DNA of 64,000 nucleotides from a virus (Duplodnaviria; Caudoviricetes): IMG/VR virus record IMGVR_UViG_2700988807_000001, positions 1 to 64,000 of that record; one strand, 5' to 3'. Shown piece by piece: positions 56,269 to 64,000 of this stretch (position 1 is its first letter; each line of letters starts with the position of its first letter). The notes under the pieces were generated by a model. It saw only the letters and a program-made list of their open reading frames with translations, ran no database searches and was not told where the DNA came from. The position numbers and the translations under genes were made by a program.

Positions 56269-56649
56269 ATGACTGAGATGAAGAACGACACCGCGCCGAA
56301 GCCGATGACGACAGATTTGCTGATGGCATATTTGTACAACGTCATCGATCATCATCCGGTCGACGAGCAGTTCGTCATGATCGGGGACGAAGACTTGATC
56401 GTCTCGATGAACCTCAAGAACCGGAAGGTTACGTTCCTGAGCGATCGAATGCTCAAGGATGGGGAGGTGGCCAAGGCGCCTGTCACTACCAACATGCTCA
56501 TGAAGTATCTGGAGTTGGCTACGGGCGGCATATTCCACGCCGTCTTGAACGAACCCGTCATGATTGGTATGGACGAACTCGTCCACGCCGAGGTCATTGA
56601 CAACCGAGTGATCCTACAGACGGCTCACGACTATCTCGCAGCGCAGTGA
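56269..56649 (+). CDS. Hypothetical protein (repeat-domain family A)
   Basis: GAGG RBS; MTEMKNDT start; PMTT..L..YL repeats. Confidence 0.65.
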   Translation: MTEMKNDTAPKPMTTDLLMAYLYNVIDHHPVDEQFVMIGDEDLIVSMNLKNRKVTFLSDRMLKDGEVAKAPVTTNMLMKYLELATGGIFHAVLNEPVMIGMDELVHAEVIDNRVILQTAHDYLAAQ

Positions 56650-56661
56650 GATGAGAACGAC

Positions 56662-56713
56662 GATGCTGTCCATCGTGGGAAACGCTTAGGCAATTCTCGC
56701 GGTGGACAGCATC
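56662..56713 (+). other. Intergenic 20-bp RNA hairpin
   Basis: GATGCTGTCCATCGTGGGAA / TTCTCGCGGTGGACAGCATC, fully paired with three G-U pairs; no T-tail. Confidence 0.6.
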
Positions 56714-56753
56714 TAACATATTCTGTGACAACAGACAAAGGTGAGGTATAGGA

Positions 56754-57488
56754 ATGACTGAGATGAAGAACGACACCAAATCTATGACGGTCGACGTCTT
56801 TCACGCATATTTGCGAGAAGCAGCCGATCATCAAGAGATCGAGAACAAGCCGCTTCTGGTGAACGGTCGTAAGGTGGTCGAAGCTGTTCTTCGTCAGGAA
56901 ACCGTGGTTGGGCGATATTCTACGGCGACACACAACTTCGTCGAGCTGACTACTCACGAGCATCGACACGCACTCACCGCCGCTCAGGTGGACGAGTTCT
57001 TCGACGAGTTCAGCGATGAAGTCAACGAGCTTCGCCTCATAGTAGACGGGTTCGAGTTGTGGTATGCGACTGTCGAAGAGGCCGGCGTCGTTCTTCACCA
57101 GATGCCTTGTCCCCCGAAACCGATGACGGGAACGATCCTCAAGGGATATTTGGCGTCGATCATCGACCAGTATCCCGCTGTTGAGGACGAGTTGGTCCTG
57201 ATCGATAGCCCGTCGAAGCACATAGTCGATCGCTCGATCAATGACTACGGGCTTCGCAACGGTCACGTCATTCTCGGCAACTCGACAAAGCCGAATCGTA
57301 TGGCATTGACGGCAAGAAACCTCCACCGATATTTGGAGATGGCTAGCGGCGGAATGCTCAGTCGAGTCATGGACAACCCGGTGATGATCGGCAATCAGGA
57401 AGTGGTCAACGCCACCGTGGTCGACAACCGAGTCATTCTGATGACTTTCAACGACCTGCTCGAGTCCGACAACTTCTTTCGACGGTAG
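56754..57488 (+). CDS. Hypothetical protein, expanded paralog of 56269
   Basis: Identical first 24 nt (ATGACTGAGATGAAGAACGACACC); C-terminal half aligns (YLE.A.GG....V...PVMIG..E.V.A.V.DNRVIL.T..D.L). Confidence 0.68.
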   Translation: MTEMKNDTKSMTVDVFHAYLREAADHQEIENKPLLVNGRKVVEAVLRQETVVGRYSTATHNFVELTTHEHRHALTAAQVDEFFDEFSDEVNELRLIVDGFELWYATVEEAGVVLHQMPCPPKPMTGTILKGYLASIIDQYPAVEDELVLIDSPSKHIVDRSINDYGLRNGHVILGNSTKPNRMALTARNLHRYLEMASGGMLSRVMDNPVMIGNQEVVNATVVDNRVILMTFNDLLESDNFFRR

Positions 57489-57500
57489 AAAGTGAACCAC

Positions 57501-57617
57501 ATGCCTATATTCTATGCGCCATTCGCGCACATGGATCTTCCCTCAGCCGACCCAACGGCTAAGTACGAGCGAGTCCGTCAGCTGATGGCATATTTGATGA
57601 ACTGGGGTAACGCATGA
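57501..57617 (+). CDS. Small hypothetical protein (38 aa)
   Basis: Fills the gap; ATGA overlap with the deaminase start. Confidence 0.4.
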   Translation: MPIFYAPFAHMDLPSADPTAKYERVRQLMAYLMNWGNA

Positions 57618-58513
57618 CCGATCGTCCGAGTTGGGATGAGTATGGGTTGCATCTGGCTTCCGCGGCAGCAACTCGAGCGGATTGTACGAGAAGAAAGGTC
57701 GGCGCCGTTCTCATGGCCGCAGACCACTCGATCATATCTCTTGGGTACAACGGCGGACCCTCTAAGGGGAAGTCCTGCCTCAAGGGCGAATGTCCACGAG
57801 GACGACTGACCAAGGAAGAGCTTCCTGGCGACAGCGCTTACGACACAGGTGGTGGTACTTGTGTTGCCCTTCATGCCGAGTGGAATGTGATCATCAGAAC
57901 TGCGCATCACCAGTTCGCGAATTCGACTCTCTACATCACCGACGAGCCGTGCCATATTTGCAAGGTGCTGATCTCCGGTACGGCAATCCAGCGTGTGGTG
58001 GCTCCCGGTTATGAGTGGGAGCGGACCGTCTCCGATGAGGAACGAAACCTCGTGCAGCAGAAGCTGGAGGTTGACGCTCTACTCTATCGTCGAGGAGAGG
58101 GAGATATTCCAAACTCTCTCATGACCAAACCGGGCGACTTCGGTGTGATGGAAGATCGAGCAGCCGATATTCCAGACCTTCCTAATGCGAAGTTCGTAGG
58201 AATCCACGAACATGGCTGGTTCATGTACGAGCTTTCCGAGAGCGTCCGACGAGAAAACCAGTTCGCCATATTCACACGACCTGGTGCAACCAAGGTGATC
58301 GATCCGGACCGACCGAATGTCGAAGTTCTCAAGACTCTCGGCGTGAAGAGTCATCGAGACGTTCTCGAGCAGCTCGGCTATCGGTGGTGTGTGGATCGCG
58401 TCTATATTTCGACTCTGTCGGATGACGACCTTCTCAAGTGCATCGAGGAGTTCAACCTCAGCCAAGACTACGCGAGCGCTCACCCATTCGAAGAAGAACT
58501 ACTCAACCGGTGA
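57614..58513 (+). CDS. dCMP deaminase with C-terminal extension
   Basis: RPSWDEY, C.RRKVGAV, GYNG, HAEWN, PCHIC Zn-deaminase motifs. Confidence 0.85.
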   Translation: MTDRPSWDEYGLHLASAAATRADCTRRKVGAVLMAADHSIISLGYNGGPSKGKSCLKGECPRGRLTKEELPGDSAYDTGGGTCVALHAEWNVIIRTAHHQFANSTLYITDEPCHICKVLISGTAIQRVVAPGYEWERTVSDEERNLVQQKLEVDALLYRRGEGDIPNSLMTKPGDFGVMEDRAADIPDLPNAKFVGIHEHGWFMYELSESVRRENQFAIFTRPGATKVIDPDRPNVEVLKTLGVKSHRDVLEQLGYRWCVDRVYISTLSDDDLLKCIEEFNLSQDYASAHPFEEELLNR

Positions 58514-58656
58514 TGACTGGCGAGAAGCCTCACGGCGATATTACAGCCATCATGGACGCCAACGGTGTATGGCAGTCATATGAAGTAGATCTCACCAATC
58601 TCAATCTCAGGAACACCGATATTCCCGGGTTCCCCAGCAAGAAGGACAACGGCTAA
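58513..58656 (+). CDS. Small hypothetical protein
   Basis: MTGEKPHG... coupled to the previous stop. Confidence 0.45.
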   Translation: MTGEKPHGDITAIMDANGVWQSYEVDLTNLNLRNTDIPGFPSKKDNG

Positions 58657-58657
58657 C

Positions 58658-59239
58658 ATGGCTACGAACGACAACCGTCAGATCACCATCGAGAACGCAG
58701 AGATCATCTTCCGCAACTTCTCCGGCAAGGAAGGTTTGTACAACTCGGAGGGTGACCGAAACTTCTGCCTCCTTCTCGACGACGCATTGGCCGAGGCACT
58801 CATTCGTGACGGCTGGAACGTCAAGCATCTCAAGGCCCGAGAGGAGGGCGACGAGCCGCGACCGTATATTCAGGTCTCGGTCAAGTACCGGGGTCGCAAC
58901 GGTAACGCTGTTCGTCCGCCGACGATCGTGATGATCACCTCGAAGGGCCGCAGCAACCTCGACGAGAGCATGTGCGAGTTCCTCGACTGGGCCGACATTG
59001 CCAACGTTGACCTGATCGTTCGCCCGTTCGAGTGGTCGGTGAACGGTAAGTCCGGAATCAAGGCATATTTGAAGGCCATCTACGTCACCATTCAGGAAGA
59101 CGATCTGGCTCTCAAGTACCAGGACGTTCCCGAGATCGATGCCAATGGTGCTCTCGCAATCGAGTCCGGTGAGCACGACTACATCGAGGGCGAGGTTGTA
59201 GACGTCAACGACGATGACCAATTGGCGATCGAAGGGTGA
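58658..59239 (+). CDS. Single-stranded DNA-binding protein (phage type)
   Basis: IENA.IIFRNFSG.E..YN.EGDRNF; OB-fold-like body; acidic C-terminal tail. Confidence 0.7.
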   Translation: MATNDNRQITIENAEIIFRNFSGKEGLYNSEGDRNFCLLLDDALAEALIRDGWNVKHLKAREEGDEPRPYIQVSVKYRGRNGNAVRPPTIVMITSKGRSNLDESMCEFLDWADIANVDLIVRPFEWSVNGKSGIKAYLKAIYVTIQEDDLALKYQDVPEIDANGALAIESGEHDYIEGEVVDVNDDDQLAIEG

Positions 59240-59577
59240 CCTTCGGCAAGATGATTGATCCGGCCATATTCTCAGGGCGTAACAACCCTGGGAATGTGGT
59301 GCCGGCTATCCCCGACGGGATGGTTCTGGTGACGGAGCTTCCGAACGTCAAGTCCTATCATAGTGGTCCAAATCTTCGGCTTGAATACGACAACGGCCAT
59401 CTCACTTATGGGGTTTTATATGCGTTGAGGCCTCATGAGATCCGCAAACAGATGCTGTTTGACGAAGACCGACTCGCTCTTCGTGAGATGGTCGCCAAGT
59501 TGATCGATGGCGTGACGACTGAAGACGTCATGGACTTGGTTGACTTCCATCGTGACCTGTGTTTCTGGAACAACTGA
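59236..59577 (+). CDS. Hypothetical protein
   Basis: GTGA overlap; 113 aa. Confidence 0.55.
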   Translation: MTFGKMIDPAIFSGRNNPGNVVPAIPDGMVLVTELPNVKSYHSGPNLRLEYDNGHLTYGVLYALRPHEIRKQMLFDEDRLALREMVAKLIDGVTTEDVMDLVDFHRDLCFWNN

Positions 59578-59596
59578 ACGAATGTGAGCCTACCTT

Positions 59597-59881
59597 ATGA
59601 GTGACAAGCAGAACCGACCGAACAAGCTATATTTCGAGATTACCGAGTCGGGTTCAGAAAAGGGCCAACACTATTGGGTACTCAAGTCACCCAACGGCAA
59701 GATCATCGGTTCGGCACACTTCAACTACAAGACGTTGGAGTCGGCGATCAACAACTGCATTGCGATTCTCAACGTCGCTCTTGTAGATTCGAGCCGGATC
59801 TCGATCGAGACCGATCAGGAAATTCGCGAGAAGATCATCACGCAGTGCCGAGACAAGTTCGACATCGAATGGGCTGCCTGA
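59597..59881 (+). CDS. YegP/DUF1508-like paralog 1
   Basis: RPNKLYFE...HYWVLKSPNGKIIGS...Y.TLESAINN. Confidence 0.7.
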   Translation: MSDKQNRPNKLYFEITESGSEKGQHYWVLKSPNGKIIGSAHFNYKTLESAINNCIAILNVALVDSSRISIETDQEIREKIITQCRDKFDIEWAA

Positions 59882-59909
59882 GCAGCTCACAACTATCAAA
59901 GGACGTAAC

Positions 59910-60173
59910 ATGTCTGCAGCAAAGACCGCACGCCCGAACAAGCTATATTTCGAAGCCCGGAGGATCGACGGTAAGGTTCGATTCCGTTGGGTTCTCAAGT
60001 CTCCTCAGGGACGAGAGATCGCAGTATCACACACCACGTTCAGCTCCAAGCTCGCTGTGATCAAGAACTGCATCGTGGTCTTCCACAGCACCTTGTTGGA
60101 CGAGAGTCTAATGACGGTCGTGGATCCGGAGATGTACGACAAGATCGCCGCTGAGCTCACCAAGGCTCAGTAA
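59910..60173 (+). CDS. YegP/DUF1508-like paralog 2
   Basis: RPNKLYFE...FRWVLKSPQGREIAVS...FSSK..VIKN. Confidence 0.7.
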   Translation: MSAAKTARPNKLYFEARRIDGKVRFRWVLKSPQGREIAVSHTTFSSKLAVIKNCIVVFHSTLLDESLMTVVDPEMYDKIAAELTKAQ

Positions 60174-60274
60174 CACCGTCTCACCCCGTGTGGCCATCGG
60201 AGCGTTTGGGCTATATTCTCAAGCGCTTCGGTGGCCACACTGCTGTCTCAACCAAAACTACCAAAGGAACGAAC

Positions 60275-60484
60275 GTGAGCGACGGAGCCATTGCAGCTCT
60301 CCTGATTGTTGTGTACTACCACTTGATGGCTCTGTCTCTCATCTACAGCGACAAGTTGATGAAACTGGTTCCTCGTAAGCTGGAGAAGTTTCTCACGAAG
60401 CAGTTCCTCAAGCTCGCCTCCATATTTGACAAGCTGTTCAAACGGATTGAAGGGGTTCACCTAAAGTGGAAGAGCAGACTATGA
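60275..60484 (+). CDS. Small membrane protein
   Basis: AAAGGA RBS, GTG; TM helix plus basic tail. Confidence 0.5.
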   Translation: MSDGAIAALLIVVYYHLMALSLIYSDKLMKLVPRKLEKFLTKQFLKLASIFDKLFKRIEGVHLKWKSRL

Positions 60485-61254
60485 TCTCCGATCCTTGCCG
60501 GCCCGAGAAGCCGAACGAGCTATATTTCGTGACGGATCGATTCCCCCGACAGACGCGCTACTACTGGATTCTCCAGACACACGAGGGTTCGGTCATCGGC
60601 ACGTCCAACGAGACATATCCCGACAAGGCTGCCGCCATGCGTAATGCGCTTACGCTCTTCGGCCGAGAGATCTTTGCCGGCTATCACCAGGTGGTGGATG
60701 ACGACGATCGCGAACTCATCAGCGACGAGGCGTGGCAGATGGAGAAGCACAACCATATTTCACGTGAGGTGAAGTTGGATGGAACGTGCCCCTCTTGTAC
60801 GTACGTCATCGAGGCGTCGGGCCCGGAGGAGAAGAAGAGTTACATCATCGCCAATGCTCGCCCGAAGCGTCTCACCTTCAGTTACATGAAGAAGCACAAT
60901 GGGGAAGAGCACTTCTGGCGCCTCAGCACTTACGATGGGGCATATTTGGACTCTTCTCGGATGCCTTTCAAGACGTTGAGCTCAGCGATCAACAACAGCA
61001 TCTCGCACTTCGGTGTCGATCTCATCAATGAGCTCAAGATTCTTGTCGATGCGGAACCCGATATTCGCAACGAGGTCTTCAACGGAGTTCGGTGCATGTT
61101 CCCGAATGTCGAGAAGCAAGCTGACGTTCCTGATCTGACTCTGGATCGAGCAACTGCCGCTCAGAAGGAAGAGCTCAGTCTACTGACGAATGTCCTTCAA
61201 GGCGAAGTTGTTGCAAACACAGGCCCCGACCGTTCTAGCGTAGAGAAGGTCTGA
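60481..61254 (+). CDS. Tandem two-domain YegP/DUF1508-like paralog 3
   Basis: KPNELYF...YYWILQT..G..IGTS..Y..K.AA..N and RPKRLTF...HFWRLST..G..LDSS...FKTLSSAINN, linked by CPSC. Confidence 0.68.
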   Translation: MISDPCRPEKPNELYFVTDRFPRQTRYYWILQTHEGSVIGTSNETYPDKAAAMRNALTLFGREIFAGYHQVVDDDDRELISDEAWQMEKHNHISREVKLDGTCPSCTYVIEASGPEEKKSYIIANARPKRLTFSYMKKHNGEEHFWRLSTYDGAYLDSSRMPFKTLSSAINNSISHFGVDLINELKILVDAEPDIRNEVFNGVRCMFPNVEKQADVPDLTLDRATAAQKEELSLLTNVLQGEVVANTGPDRSSVEKV

Positions 61255-61256
61255 CT

Positions 61257-61511
61257 GTGGAGAAGCCCAGACTTTATATTGTCTCGTCGGTGGGTGGGGG
61301 CGTAGCTCAACATACGTGGCTGATGCGTTCGAAAGAACGGACGATTGCCTCTTCGAACTACAACGTCGAATCGGACATGATCGACAACCTCGTCTCTTTG
61401 TTCGGCGCCCATATTCTGTTCGACGACATTGACTTTGCCATGTCAATTGAGATGAAGCAGAAAGTGATCGACGCTGCTACTGCCAAGCACTTCGTCAAAC
61501 TAATCGATTGA
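61257..61511 (+). CDS. YegP/DUF1508-like paralog 4
   Basis: PRLYIV...HTWLMRS..RTIASS...MIDN...LFG. Confidence 0.6.
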   Translation: MEKPRLYIVSSVGGGVAQHTWLMRSKERTIASSNYNVESDMIDNLVSLFGAHILFDDIDFAMSIEMKQKVIDAATAKHFVKLID

Positions 61512-61517
61512 GGAACT

Positions 61518-61811
61518 GTGACCAACACCCTATATTTCAAAGTATTCGAACTCACACCCAGCATCGACATTCACTACTGGGAAGTCCGGTCGTCCGAGAA
61601 CAAGACGATTGCGTCCGCACACAACCACTTCGATACGCGTGACGAAGCTATCAAGAACTGTGTCGAGGTCTTCGGTCCGCTACTTCGTGAACCGGATTTC
61701 TTGATGATCTTCGACCAGGACGAAGCACGCGACAAGATTCGAGCAGAGTACGAACGCCAATTCCCGCAATCCAATGTATGGACGACCAACGGCTACGGAC
61801 AGGCTGAGTGA
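61518..61811 (+). CDS. YegP/DUF1508-like paralog 5
   Basis: TLYFK...HYWEVRSSENKTIASA...FDTRDEAIKNCVEVFG. Confidence 0.68.
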   Translation: MTNTLYFKVFELTPSIDIHYWEVRSSENKTIASAHNHFDTRDEAIKNCVEVFGPLLREPDFLMIFDQDEARDKIRAEYERQFPQSNVWTTNGYGQAE

Positions 61812-62095
61812 TGACTGACACGCTATATCTCAAAGAGAAGCTCGTCGAGGGTGAGACCAAGTACTCGTGGTTCTACTCGACGAACTCCATGAGCGCCGAG
61901 TCTACCGACTTCACGAACGAAGACAAGATGATCGAACACTTCGTCGGGGTCTTTCGCGAAGAGCTCTTTGATGAGACGAAACTCGTTGTCGAAGCAACTG
62001 AGGCGCAGCGAGACAAGATTCTCGTCGAGTACCAGAAGCAATTCGGCGTTGTCGATATTCCAACCGAGACCGAACCACCAGCCGACCCAACCTAA
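61808..62095 (+). CDS. YegP/DUF1508-like paralog 6 (divergent)
   Basis: TLYLK...YSWFYST...S..F...MIEH.VGVF...RDKI..EY..QF. Confidence 0.58.
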   Translation: MMTDTLYLKEKLVEGETKYSWFYSTNSMSAESTDFTNEDKMIEHFVGVFREELFDETKLVVEATEAQRDKILVEYQKQFGVVDIPTETEPPADPT

Positions 62096-62107
62096 GGAGT
62101 TAGATGC

Positions 62108-62392
62108 ATGATCGCCATCAGACCGCGTCACCCGGACAAGCTATATTTCGAGTCGATGTCGGTCGAAGGCATCGTGCATTATCGCTGGGTTCTCAAGTCG
62201 ACTCACGACGATGACGAACTCCCTCTCGTCACGACCCCGTTCACCTACACGTGCAAAGAATCCGCCATCCACAACGGCGTTGTTCTTTTCGGTTGCTTAC
62301 TTATAGAAGGCATCATCGACGTGGCAGATCCCGATATTCGTGAGGAGCTGCTAGAAGAATGTCGCCTCAACCCCGACCTAACGAAAGGCTAG
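62108..62392 (+). CDS. YegP/DUF1508-like paralog 7
   Basis: HPDKLYFE...YRWVLKST...Y..KESAIHN...LFG. Confidence 0.68.
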   Translation: MIAIRPRHPDKLYFESMSVEGIVHYRWVLKSTHDDDELPLVTTPFTYTCKESAIHNGVVLFGCLLIEGIIDVADPDIREELLEECRLNPDLTKG

Positions 62393-62396
62393 ATCT

Positions 62397-63032
62397 ATGT
62401 GGTGGTCTATCTTCTTGGCCGTGATTGGTGTCACAGGCCTATATTTGACAACCCAAAAGAACGTTCTCGGATTCGCGATCGGTGTCGGCGTGCAGATCCT
62501 TTGGGTCGTCTACGCTCTGGCGACTGGTCAGTACGGTTTCATCCTCAGCGCTTTGGCTTACGGTGCGGTCAACATCATCGGACTGCGTAAGTGGACGAAG
62601 GACGCACGAGCCGAAAGCTCAGGAAAGGCCGAAGAGGCCATGAAAGCTCTTGGGGTGCGCTTCCTATATTTCACTGGCGTCAACCCTGAGTACCCTCCGC
62701 ACTACTGGGAGCTCAAGACTGCGTACGGCAACGTCGTTCAGCAGAGCCTCAGCTACCAGGACGAGATGGGCGCCATCAAGAACGCCGTGGCCGTCTTCGG
62801 CGACAAGCTGTTCGACTCGAACTACATCGTCATCGATACGAGCCCGGATATTCTCGCCAAGCTCAGGCGCGAGTACCACACGTCTCGGGAGATCCATGGT
62901 AGTCGACAGTCATATCCAGCCGAAGCAATGCGTATGTCTTCCCTACCGCCCATGCCCGACCCCTACCATTCCATGCAACCGACCCGTGTTCACCACAACC
63001 CCCGACCCGTTAACTGGGTCACTGGAGACTGA
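62397..63032 (+). CDS. 3-TM (PnuC/SemiSWEET-like) domain fused to a YegP/DUF1508-like domain
   Basis: GLYL..QK...GF......QILW..YA...GQYGF membrane domain, then FLYF...HYWELKT..G..V..S..Y...GAIKN...VFG. Confidence 0.62.
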   Translation: MWWSIFLAVIGVTGLYLTTQKNVLGFAIGVGVQILWVVYALATGQYGFILSALAYGAVNIIGLRKWTKDARAESSGKAEEAMKALGVRFLYFTGVNPEYPPHYWELKTAYGNVVQQSLSYQDEMGAIKNAVAVFGDKLFDSNYIVIDTSPDILAKLRREYHTSREIHGSRQSYPAEAMRMSSLPPMPDPYHSMQPTRVHHNPRPVNWVTGD

Positions 63033-63038
63033 TAAAAC

Positions 63039-63521
63039 GTGATCCTCATCGACATTCTGTTACTTGCGCTCTGGCTCTACGGCTTATATTTGTCGAGTCA
63101 GAGCCTGACATTCGGCTATGTGCTGACACTAACTGTGCCGGTCGCCTGGATCATCTACGAAGTATCAGAGGGTAGATACGGACTCGTAATCATGGTGGTT
63201 GCAGTCGGGAGCACCTACGCTTTAGGCGTGGCTTGTTGGCTCAAACGGAAACACTCTCGTCGACCGAAGCCGCCTCGCAAGCTATATTTCGTTGACGAAG
63301 ATGGCGCTATTCATTGGGAGTACCTATCTTCGGACGGGAAACTCATTCACGCGTCGAGAGATTTCTACAGCCCAAAGATTGCGGCTATCGATGCGGTCTT
63401 CTCGCTTGAGGGCGACTTTTCCCAAGACGACAGAGATCTTCACATCATCGGAAAACAAGAAGTCGTGGATCAGTTCTATCTAGAGAGTGTCCGACTTCGA
63501 GAAGACAGGAAAGATCTATGA
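63039..63521 (+). CDS. 3-TM domain fused to a YegP/DUF1508-like domain
   Basis: GLYL..Q...GY......W..Y....GRYGL, then RKLYFV...IHWEY.SSDGKLIHAS..F. Confidence 0.6.
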   Translation: MILIDILLLALWLYGLYLSSQSLTFGYVLTLTVPVAWIIYEVSEGRYGLVIMVVAVGSTYALGVACWLKRKHSRRPKPPRKLYFVDEDGAIHWEYLSSDGKLIHASRDFYSPKIAAIDAVFSLEGDFSQDDRDLHIIGKQEVVDQFYLESVRLREDRKDL

Positions 63522-63757
63522 CCCACTGGGAACTTATATTGGTCGGGATCTTGGTCGTCGGTCTTGTGTTGGCCAACTTCAAGAAGACACGAATGCTGGG
63601 GATGCTGATCAGCTTCTTCGCACCTCTGTTCCTGCTGTTCTACTTCTTGATTGACGGACGATACGAGCTCGTCAGCTATCTCCTCACATTCATGCTCACC
63701 TATACTCTGCTCCCATATATGTGGGGTAAGAACGAAAAGAAAGAAGAAACTAAGTGA
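63518..63757 (+). CDS. Stand-alone 3-TM membrane protein, paralog of the two preceding N-domains
   Basis: GLVL...K....G......Y....GRYEL. Confidence 0.6.
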   Translation: MTHWELILVGILVVGLVLANFKKTRMLGMLISFFAPLFLLFYFLIDGRYELVSYLLTFMLTYTLLPYMWGKNEKKEETK

Positions 63758-64000
63758 TCGGCAACTCCAACATCACGCTTCTCAGCGGATTCGATTTCGA
63801 TCTCATTCAGGAAGTCGGCTCGGACCAGATCATCTGTCAGGCGGCACGAGTTTCGACCAAGGGTGCTGACGCTTTCGGCACAGACGAGTCTGCCGGCCTG
63901 ATGAACTTCCTCATGTCCGGACGACATGGCTCTCCGTTCGAGCACGGTCTGATGAGCTTCCGAATCACGGCGCCCATATTCGTGTGGCGTGAGTTCATGC
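63754..64000 (+). CDS. thyX: Flavin-dependent thymidylate synthase ThyX (5' part, truncated by window end)
   Basis: Manual translation from GTG 63754: ...ICQAARVSTKG...LMNFLM..RHGSPFEH..MSFRITAPIFVWREFM. Confidence 0.85.
   Translation, partial: MIGNSNITLLSGFDFDLIQEVGSDQIICQAARVSTKGADAFGTDESAGLMNFLMSGRHGSPFEHGLMSFRITAPIFVWREFM

Noticed and set aside
54246-56345. Long minus-strand ORFs (also 33956-35773, 31783-33516, 22592-24175)
   Set aside because: Antisense shadows of strongly codon-biased + strand genes; no RBS or recognisable motifs
1-64000. Prophage or temperate lifestyle
   Set aside because: No integrase, repressor, att site or host genes visible; the genome part beyond the window cannot be assessed

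Overview
The window is most of a tailed (siphovirus-type) actinobacteriophage genome. Every credible gene is on the + strand, and no integrase or repressor is visible. The gene content includes an amidase endolysin, a LysB-like esterase, a protease-scaffold-capsid fusion, a 1.3-kaa helicase-primase-polymerase fusion and HYG-leader proteins. By inference this resembles the ReqiPepy6/Poco6-like Rhodococcus and related Gordonia/Arthrobacter phages. Layout: 0.1-8.2 kb, five receptor-binding proteins sharing one N-terminal anchor; 8.2-14 kb, HNH, lysis and terminase; 14.2-19.9 kb, seven polymorphic 'DDFLAHYGVKGMKWG'-leader proteins; 20-38.9 kb, head and tail; 38.9-49 kb, single-gene cassettes behind a 14-copy promoter repeat, three of which drive apparent structured non-coding RNAs; 49-59 kb, replication and nucleotide metabolism; 59.6-63.8 kb, YegP/DUF1508-like paralogs; then a truncated thyX. 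Most notable: (i) a candidate capsid-loaded effector system, with ART-like and 2H-phosphoesterase payloads and an LxH motif shared with the capsid precursor; (ii) a promoter/terminator cassette array containing an anticodon-less tRNA mimic and a multi-hairpin RNA; (iii) a strand-specific ATATT excess in the early arm and a 13-bp TCAAAATGGGAGT motif in the late arm. All calls were made by eye, with no database search or folding computation.
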